Shown here: in pieces, positions 58,431 to 64,000 of the stretch
How the letters are laid out: each line of letters starts with the position of its first letter
Numbering within the stretch: position 1 is the first letter of the stretch
Assembly: GCA_031400935.1 (NCBI GenBank)
Contig: JANNQV010000065.1
Coordinates: 1-64,000, forward strand
Direction of reading: 5' to 3'
DNA: 64,000 bases
DNA from: Armatimonadota bacterium
GTDB taxonomy: Bacteria > Armatimonadota > Fimbriimonadia > Fimbriimonadales > Fimbriimonadaceae
The notes under the pieces: model-generated
Told to the model about the DNA's origin: nothing
What the model saw: the letters and a program-made list of their open reading frames with translations, nothing else
Databases searched by the model: none
Made by a program: the position numbers and the translations under genes

Positions 58431-58808
58431 TTATTCCTTGGATTTTTCCGTTTTCTTTTTTGCAGGTGCCTTTGCAGCAGCCTTGGGAGTTGCCTTTGGT
58501 GCAGCGGGTGCTTTCGCAGCAGCCTTGGGAGCTGCAGCAGGTTTTTTAACCACTGCAACAGCTTCGACTTTTGGTTTTGGCGCCGGCTTAACTTTCGAAG
58601 TTTTTGCGACTGCAACTTTGGCTGGCTTCGAACCAGCTACTTCTTCAACTAAAACCATGTGTCGAACGTGGTGAATCATGCCTCGAATCGAAGGCGTGTC
58701 ATCTTGCTGAACGACTTGTTGCATTTTGCGCAATCCAAGTGCAGTCAAAGTGCCTTTCTGGACCTTTGCCGTTCCAGCTTTGCTCTTTACAAGCTTAATG
58801 AGCAGCAT
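58431..58808 (-). CDS. rpmD: 50S ribosomal protein L30 with a long Lys/Ala/Pro-rich C-terminal extension
   Basis: MLLIKLVKS...TLTALGLRK...TPSIRGMIHHVRHMV; start at 58808 overlaps the rpsE end. Confidence 0.92.
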   Translation of the reverse strand: MLLIKLVKSKAGTAKVQKGTLTALGLRKMQQVVQQDDTPSIRGMIHHVRHMVLVEEVAGSKPAKVAVAKTSKVKPAPKPKVEAVAVVKKPAAAPKAAAKAPAAPKATPKAAAKAPAKKKTEKSKE

Positions 58809-59367
58809 CGTCTTCCTCCTTGCGAGCTTTTTCAAGCCAAGGCACGAGTTCGTTCACATCGAGCCCACGAAGCTCGGCAACCCTTTCAGGCACCGACAAG
58901 CTTTTGAAAGCGTCAACTGTCGCATAAGCTTGGTTTACAGCGTTTCGGCTGCCAAGGCTCTTTGCCAAAACATTGTGAATTCCGCAGGCTTCAAGGCAAG
59001 CTCGCACTGCACCGCCGGCCTTACATCCGGTTCCAGGAGAAGCTGGACGAAGAATAACTTGGCTCGATCCCATTTCACCGACAACCGCGTGCGGAATCGT
59101 TTTTCCGATCATCGGGACTTGGAACATTGCTTTTTTAGCTGCTTCTTCAGCTTTTCGGATCGCATCTGGAATGCCACGAGCTTTGCCCATGCCAACGCCT
59201 ACCTTGCCTTTGTTGTCGCCAACAACTACAAGAATGGACCACGATGCGGTCTTTCCACCTTTGTGAGTCTTGAAAACCTTGTTGGTTCGCACAACTCGAA
59301 CGTCGAATTGCGGCCCTTCGGTATCTCTGCTCTGCCGTTTGCCACTGAGGCGATTCATCATTCTCAT
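58795..59367 (-). CDS. rpsE: 30S ribosomal protein S5
   Basis: KTHKGGK...VVVGDNKGKVG and LRPASPGTG motifs. Confidence 0.97.
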   Translation of the reverse strand: MRMMNRLSGKRQSRDTEGPQFDVRVVRTNKVFKTHKGGKTASWSILVVVGDNKGKVGVGMGKARGIPDAIRKAEEAAKKAMFQVPMIGKTIPHAVVGEMGSSQVILRPASPGTGCKAGGAVRACLEACGIHNVLAKSLGSRNAVNQAYATVDAFKSLSVPERVAELRGLDVNELVPWLEKARKEEDDAAH

Positions 59368-59370
59368 GGT

Positions 59371-59724
59371 CTAAAACTCCAACCCTGCTTCGCGTGCACT
59401 TTCCGCCAAGCTTGCAATTGTTCCGATGTATCGGTAGCCACCGCGATCAAAAACGACTTGGGAAATCCCTGCATCTTTCGCTCGCGAGCCAATCGCAGAA
59501 CCAATTTTCTTGGCACCTTCTACATTTGGCGAAGCCGACAGTGACTTTTCCAAAGTGCTTGCGCTAGCAAGAGTTACGCCTTTTGAGTCGTCAATGATTT
59601 GAACTGAAATGTGCTTGAGGCTGCGGAAAACGCTAAGCCGAGGCCGTTCAGAAGTGCCGACCACGCGCTTGCGCAATCGCACATGGCGGGCCTTTCGCAT
59701 TGTTTGTCTTGTTTTTGTTGCCAC
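59371..59724 (-). CDS. rplR: 50S ribosomal protein L18
   Basis: [16 protein letters not shown] and AREAGLEF motifs. Confidence 0.98.
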   Translation of the reverse strand: MATKTRQTMRKARHVRLRKRVVGTSERPRLSVFRSLKHISVQIIDDSKGVTLASASTLEKSLSASPNVEGAKKIGSAIGSRAKDAGISQVVFDRGGYRYIGTIASLAESAREAGLEF

Positions 59725-59739
59725 TTTTCTAAATCCTCG

Positions 59740-60303
59740 TTATTTCTTAGCTGCTGCTCGTTTTCCAGCCTTCAATTTGACTACTTCGCCAACGTAGCGA
59801 ATGCCTTTGCCCTTGTAAGGCTCTGGCTTTCGAACTTTTCGAATGTCTGCAGCGACCTGGCCAACATCGGCTTTATTGATTCCGCTGACCTTGATTCGTT
59901 GGCTTCGACTCTTTTCTTCCTGATAAATCTCAAGGGTTATTCCCTGACGCGGTTCTACATTTACCGGATGCGAATATCCGATGTTTAGAACCATGTTTCT
60001 TCCTTCCATTTGTGCTCGGTAGCCAACGCCAACGATTTCCAAATGCTTTTCATGGCCCTTCGTTACACCGATCACCATGTTGTCAATCAGAGTTCTTGCT
60101 AGACCATGTTGAGATCGGTTATGCCGATCGTTGTCAGGACGAGAAACTTGAAAGATGCCATCCGCCTGACTCATGGTCAAAGTTGTGGCGATTGGTTGAT
60201 TCAGTTCGCCTTTTGGACCTTTTACAGTCACGACATTCTCCGCCGAAACGTCAATCGTGACACCCGTAGGAACCGGTATAGGCTTTAATCCAATTCTTGA
60301 CAT
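59740..60303 (-). CDS. rplF: 50S ribosomal protein L6
   Basis: MSRIG and PEPYKGKGIRY motifs; start at 60303. Confidence 0.98.
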   Translation of the reverse strand: MSRIGLKPIPVPTGVTIDVSAENVVTVKGPKGELNQPIATTLTMSQADGIFQVSRPDNDRHNRSQHGLARTLIDNMVIGVTKGHEKHLEIVGVGYRAQMEGRNMVLNIGYSHPVNVEPRQGITLEIYQEEKSRSQRIKVSGINKADVGQVAADIRKVRKPEPYKGKGIRYVGEVVKLKAGKRAAAKK

Positions 60304-60305
60304 GG

Positions 60306-60701
60306 CTACCAAACCTCGCAAAGGACTTCGCCACCGATCTTGCGCTTTCGCGCTTCGCGGTCGGTCATTACCCCGTGGCTAGTCGAAACAATCTGCGTTG
60401 CGAGACCGCTACGCAATGGCTTCAATTCAGTACACGGCTTATATTGCCGCAAACCTGGCCGAGAGACACGCCGAATATGCTTGATAATCGGTTGTCGTCT
60501 TGAGTCGTATCGAAGGTGGATGGAGATGGACGGGAATTTTGACTCCGTCGTAATTTCAAACCCTTTGATGTAACCTTCGGCTTGAAGGATTTTTACAATT
60601 TCAATTTTGATTTTGCTGTGTGGAACCTCGACAGTCACGATTTTTGACTGAGCGCCATTCTTAATGCGCGCTAGGAGGTCAGCGATAGGATCACTATGCA
60701 T
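60306..60701 (-). CDS. rpsH: 30S ribosomal protein S8
   Basis: DPIADLLARI, SRPGLR and STSHGVMTDREAR..IGGE motifs. Confidence 0.98.
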   Translation of the reverse strand: MHSDPIADLLARIKNGAQSKIVTVEVPHSKIKIEIVKILQAEGYIKGFEITTESKFPSISIHLRYDSRRQPIIKHIRRVSRPGLRQYKPCTELKPLRSGLATQIVSTSHGVMTDREARKRKIGGEVLCEVW

Positions 60702-60717
60702 AGAATTCTCCTGCGAG

Positions 60718-60903
60718 CTACCAGCTCGACTTCTTTACTCCAGGCAAAACGCCCTTGTGGGCCATTTCGCGAAGACAGATGCGGCATAAGCCGAAGAAGC
60801 GAATATATCCGTGGGGCCGCCCACAGATGCTACAACGATTGTAAGCCTGGGTTGAATACCTAGCTTTTCGTTTTTGCTTTTCAATTAAGCACTTTTTTGC
60901 CAT
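60718..60903 (-). CDS. rpsN: 30S ribosomal protein S14, short Zn-binding (type Z)
   Basis: MAKK...RCSICGRP...GLCRIC...GVKKSSW; SD GGAGG before the ATG at 60903. Confidence 0.97.
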   Translation of the reverse strand: MAKKCLIEKQKRKARYSTQAYNRCSICGRPHGYIRFFGLCRICLREMAHKGVLPGVKKSSW

Positions 60904-61002
60904 AATTCCTCCCGCCGTTCCCAAGGTGGTATCCAGACTGCGTCGGGACCAAACTTGTGGCTAGATTGTTTGCGAAGGGCCTGCGCCCTTCACGAAGCGA
61001 GA

Positions 61003-61011
61003 AGTATACCA
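61003..61011 (-). promoter_or_regulatory. Extended -10 (TGgTATACT) for the rpsN...rpsI operon
   Basis: TG-G-TATACT on the minus strand ~100 nt upstream of rpsN; the -35 position falls in the repeat array. Confidence 0.55.
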
Positions 61012-61015
61012 AAGT

Positions 61016-61103
61016 TTGGGTGTTGGGTGTTGGGTGTTGGGTGTTGGGTGTTGGGTGTTGGGTGTTGGGTGTTGGGTGTTTGGTGTTGGGTGTTGGGTGT
61101 TGG
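61016..61103 (+). repeat. Heptamer tandem array (GGGTGTT)x12, one variant unit
   Basis: Read directly at 61018-61101. Confidence 0.97.
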
Positions 61104-61163
61104 TTTGCGGAAACTCGTTATCATTCACCTGGTAGCAGTTGGCTCATAATGTAGCAAAGTAGA

Positions 61164-61201
61164 CCCAATCGCCCAATCGCCCAATCGCCCAATCGCCCAA
61201 T
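61164..61201 (+). repeat. Octamer tandem array (CCCAATCG)x~4.7
   Basis: Read directly. Confidence 0.95.
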
Positions 61202-61212
61202 GACCTTCCCCC

Positions 61213-61710
61213 ATGCCCTTCGACCCAATCCTAACCGACGAAAAAATTGAAGGCAATTCGCCCCGAAAGCCCGACTTTGAGGCACAGATCATGGCGGGCT
61301 GCTCGCAGTTTGTGATTCAGAGTTTTGCAATCTACGGTTTAGGAGCCTGGCCGTTCTTCCTATTTCCAGATGTTTTCCTGGTTTCAAGCCTAGCACTCAA
61401 CTTTGCCGTTGGATACTTGCCCGCGCTAATACTCATGATTTTTGCGACACGAAAATTTGGGTTACCAGCAGCAGCCGGGTGCCTTGGCGGTTCAATGGTG
61501 CTCGGCGTTTTTCTCTTTCTTCGGCTTCAACAAGTCCATATTCCGAGCATCTTGAACAGTGCCCCAAAGCCTGAATGGCCAAAGCAGTGGGTCTGGATGC
61601 TCCCCCTAGCGATTCTTGTGGCAACCGGGGTCATTCTCGCTTTGAATCTGAAGAAGAGCGAGTGGAGTATGGAGGAAACAAACAATCCCCCTAAAGCTAC
61701 AGGGAACTGA
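61213..61710 (+). CDS. Hypothetical four-TM membrane protein
   Basis: 165-aa ORF with four hydrophobic segments. Confidence 0.7.
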   Translation: MPFDPILTDEKIEGNSPRKPDFEAQIMAGCSQFVIQSFAIYGLGAWPFFLFPDVFLVSSLALNFAVGYLPALILMIFATRKFGLPAAAGCLGGSMVLGVFLFLRLQQVHIPSILNSAPKPEWPKQWVWMLPLAILVATGVILALNLKKSEWSMEETNNPPKATGN

Positions 61711-61718
61711 GCCGATAA
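61692..61718 (+). promoter_or_regulatory. Sigma-28 (FliA/SigD) promoter
   Basis: TAAA-N15-GCCGATAA, exact consensus, 34 nt upstream of fliS. Confidence 0.85.
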
Positions 61719-61752
61719 TTGAAACGACCGTAAGGTTGAGGAAAATTCAGAT

Positions 61753-62160
61753 TTGGCTAATTCACGTTTTGCCCACGAGTATCAAAAAAGTGCCGTAAAC
61801 GGTGCTTCCCCGCTTCATTTAGTTGTAATGCTTTACGATGGTGGACTCCGATTTATGGAAGCTGGCCGTCATGCGATCATTGCTAAAGACCTAACAAAAC
61901 AAAACGATTACATTCAAAGAGCTCAGAAAATAGTCATGGAACTGATGTCTTGCCTTGACATAGAAAATGGAAAAGAAATCGCAAAGAATCTACTCTCACT
62001 TTACAGCTATGTCCTCAACGAACTTGTCCTTGCAAACATGAATGACGATGTCGCACCGATTGATCGGGCAATTCGAGTAATGAGCGATCTTCGTGAAAGC
62101 TGGTCGCAGCTTGAAACAACTTTGAAAGAAGAGCCGGCGGAAATGAAAAAGGCCGCCTAA
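61753..62160 (+). CDS. fliS: Flagellar export chaperone FliS
   Basis: Y...AVNGASPLHLVVMLYDG...AQKIVMELMSCLD...IAKNLLSLYSY...LRESW. Confidence 0.95.
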   Translation: MANSRFAHEYQKSAVNGASPLHLVVMLYDGGLRFMEAGRHAIIAKDLTKQNDYIQRAQKIVMELMSCLDIENGKEIAKNLLSLYSYVLNELVLANMNDDVAPIDRAIRVMSDLRESWSQLETTLKEEPAEMKKAA

Positions 62161-62161
62161 A

Positions 62162-62485
62162 ATGAAGAGCCGCAATATTCTCAAACGACTGCAATTACTT
62201 TCGCTTTCTCTTGAAAGTGCAATTCAAAGCGACGAATTGGAGTCAATCAACCCAATTTTGAATGAACGTGCCGATTTGATCGGACAACTTGAAGATACGC
62301 CTCTGGACGCAAAAATGACCGAGTGCTTTGCCGATCTTCGTAGAATTGACGATCGTGTTTCTTCTCTACTAACTGCTTCGAGGGCAGAAATTGCCAACCA
62401 AGTTAGGTCAGCATCTGGGCGCAATCAGAGCGTCCGATCTTACTCTGCGAACCGTGAAGCAACACTTGCTGAGCAAGCCAGTTAA
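62162..62485 (+). CDS. FliT-like helical flagellar chaperone
   Basis: 107-aa helical ORF right after fliS; LNERADLI pattern and a C-terminal ...RSY. Confidence 0.55.
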   Translation: MKSRNILKRLQLLSLSLESAIQSDELESINPILNERADLIGQLEDTPLDAKMTECFADLRRIDDRVSSLLTASRAEIANQVRSASGRNQSVRSYSANREATLAEQAS

Positions 62486-62511
62486 GTACCAAACCAGGTA
62501 CATTTTGTTGA

Positions 62512-63628
62512 ATGCTGAACCACGAACAGCTTCAATCTTTGTCTGAATCTCGAACGAGATTGGACGTAATTCGGAGGCATCTTTGACCTGCCTAAACTCG
62601 AATCAGAAGCCAAGCGCTTAGAAATACTTTCGGAAAAGCCCGATTTTTGGGATGAACCTGCTGCGGCAAATCGTGAGCTCAAAAAGCTTTCCAGGTTGCG
62701 AAATCAAATTCAGCCTATGCAGAAGCTAGAAAAGACATTTGGCGATGTTGCTGAAATGTACGATCTTCTAAAGTTAGAGCCTGATGCCGATTTTGAATCT
62801 GAAACAGACACTATGGCTTCGCAGTTTCTGAAGGACTTGGACGCTTACGAACTTGAAACCCTCCTTAGCGGCGAGTACGACGACCGCAACGCGATCGTCG
62901 AAATCAATGCAGGCGCTGGCGGAACGGAGGCTTGCGACTGGGCATTAATGATCTTCCGTATGTATTCTCGATATGCTCAAAGGCACGGGTTTCAATTAGA
63001 AATTCTCAGCGAAACCTCCGGAGACGTAACTGGCTACCGTTTCATTAGTTTTCGAATATCTGGGACAAACTGCTACGGGTATCTGAAGGCTGAAGCTGGA
63101 GTTCACCGACTAGTTCGGATTTCGCCTTTTGATGCAAACAGCAAGCGTCACACATCTTTTTGCAGAGTTGAAGTTCTTCCAGAAATTGAGGCTTCAGAAG
63201 TTCAATTTGACGAAGAAGATTTGAAAGTAGAAACCCTTCGAGCTGGCGGTGCAGGCGGCCAGCATGTGAACAAAACCGAATCAGCAGTTCGCTTGACTCA
63301 CATTCCCACAGGAGTTGTTGTCCAATGTCAAAACGAAAGAAGCCAGCACGCGAATCGCGCTTCGGCAATGATGGTAATGGTCGCCCGCCTAAGCGAACTT
63401 CAGCGTGCGGAAGATGAACAAAAAATTCGCTCCATCAAAGGAGAAATCTCTCCTGCCGAATGGGGACGCCAGATTCGAAGTTACGTGATGCAGCCGTACA
63501 CGATGGTTAAAGATCATCGAACTGGCTATGAGACGGGGAACGTGATCGGGGTCCAAGACGGCGCGATTGATGAGTTCATCGAAGCCTATCTGCGGCAAAG
63601 GCCGAGTGCAGATGCGTTTCTAGAGTAA
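62512..63628 (+). CDS. prfB: Peptide chain release factor 2, expressed via programmed +1 frameshift at 62581-62587
   Basis: ORF1 MLNHEQ...RRHL ends CTT TGA C; the +1 frame (GAC at 62585) is open into the 62696 ORF with SPF and GGQ motifs; internal SD GGAGG 3 nt before CTT. Confidence 0.97.
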
Positions 63629-63715
63629 TGTGTTTTGACCGTCTCGGTCAAGTGTGGAATTGGCGTCTCGCCAATTGCTGGCATTTCGACTTGACCGGGA
63701 CGGTCAAGACACATT
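63627..63715. repeat. Composite palindromic element: 27-bp inverted repeats, each itself a palindrome, around a central hairpin
   Basis: AATGTGTTTTGACCGTCTCGGTCAAGT ... ACTTGACCGGGACGGTCAAGACACATT (2 mismatches); inner AATTGGCG-tct-CGCCAATT. Confidence 0.75.
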
Positions 63716-64000
63716 CTTGTCCGCACCAATTAGCGTTTTCGCGTATGCCAAATTTCTCGGCACGGCAGTCATAGGGTCTTCTTCACCCTCATATTCTAGG
63801 CTCAGCCAGCCTGTGAAGCCAGCCTTGTCAAGTGCCGAAACACAAGCCGCCAAGTCCACTTCTCCCTCGCCCAATGCCGTTCCAACAAACCTGAGATTCT
63901 CTGGTCCATACACAAAACCCTCTGAATCGTCCTTGGCATAACGAAAATCTTTGAAGTGAACCATGTAGGCGAATTTCGCGACTTTTTCCACCGCAACATG
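63704..64000 (-). CDS. Sugar phosphate isomerase/epimerase (xylose-isomerase-like TIM barrel), 5' end outside the window
   Basis: HFKD...LGEGEVD...GFTGWLSLEYE C-terminal motifs. Confidence 0.85.
   Translation of the reverse strand, partial: HVAVEKVAKFAYMVHFKDFRYAKDDSEGFVYGPENLRFVGTALGEGEVDLAACVSALDKAGFTGWLSLEYEGEEDPMTAVPRNLAYAKTLIGADKNVS

Noticed and set aside
58726..59544. 272-aa plus-strand ORF and other long antisense ORFs (27535-28215, 32368-32994)
   Set aside because: Antisense shadows of well-supported genes (rpsE/rplR, the PilV-like gene, pilC).
60955..61154. ORFs with VLGVGCW repeats; possible CRISPR array
   Set aside because: Pure 7-bp tandem repeat without spacers; no cas genes in the window.
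62512..62696. prfB as a truncated gene or pseudogene
   Set aside because: The break is the canonical CTT-TGA-C programmed frameshift.

Overview
64-kb bacterial chromosomal window from a flagellated diderm. The lipid A/LPS genes, PASTA kinase, T4aP cluster with giant pilins and Firmicute-like alpha operon without rpsD fit Armatimonadota (Fimbriimonadia-like); this is an inference and no search was run. In order: (1) 1-4.9 kb ribD(partial)-small membrane protein-rpe-PASTA pseudokinase-small membrane protein-aroB-aroK; (2) 4.9-36 kb a ~31-kb single-strand type IV filament cluster: pilB-pilT-pilC-pilD, one GspG-like pilin, giant PilV/PilW/PilX-like minor pilins (~660-1050 aa), two giant secreted beta-propeller proteins (1541 and 2205 aa), pilMNOP, a truncated secretin-N-domain paralogue and the secretin; (3) a 765-aa argS with in-frame short DNA repeats and a non-canonical HIGH motif, an orphan leuC, three tRNAs with palindrome clusters and a HIT gene; (4) lpxK-lpxL-like-2xGT9-hldC-PIG-L, gap, MFS; (5) the distal spc/alpha ribosomal cluster from rpsN to rpsI, detached from rplE and headed by a heptamer array; (6) fliS-fliT-like behind a perfect sigma-28 promoter, prfB with its programmed +1 frameshift, and a partial TIM-barrel gene. 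The best candidate for an undescribed system is the giant-tip type IV filament machine. The second is the set of short 7/8/9-mer and palindromic repeats found in promoters, tRNA spacers and the argS coding sequence.
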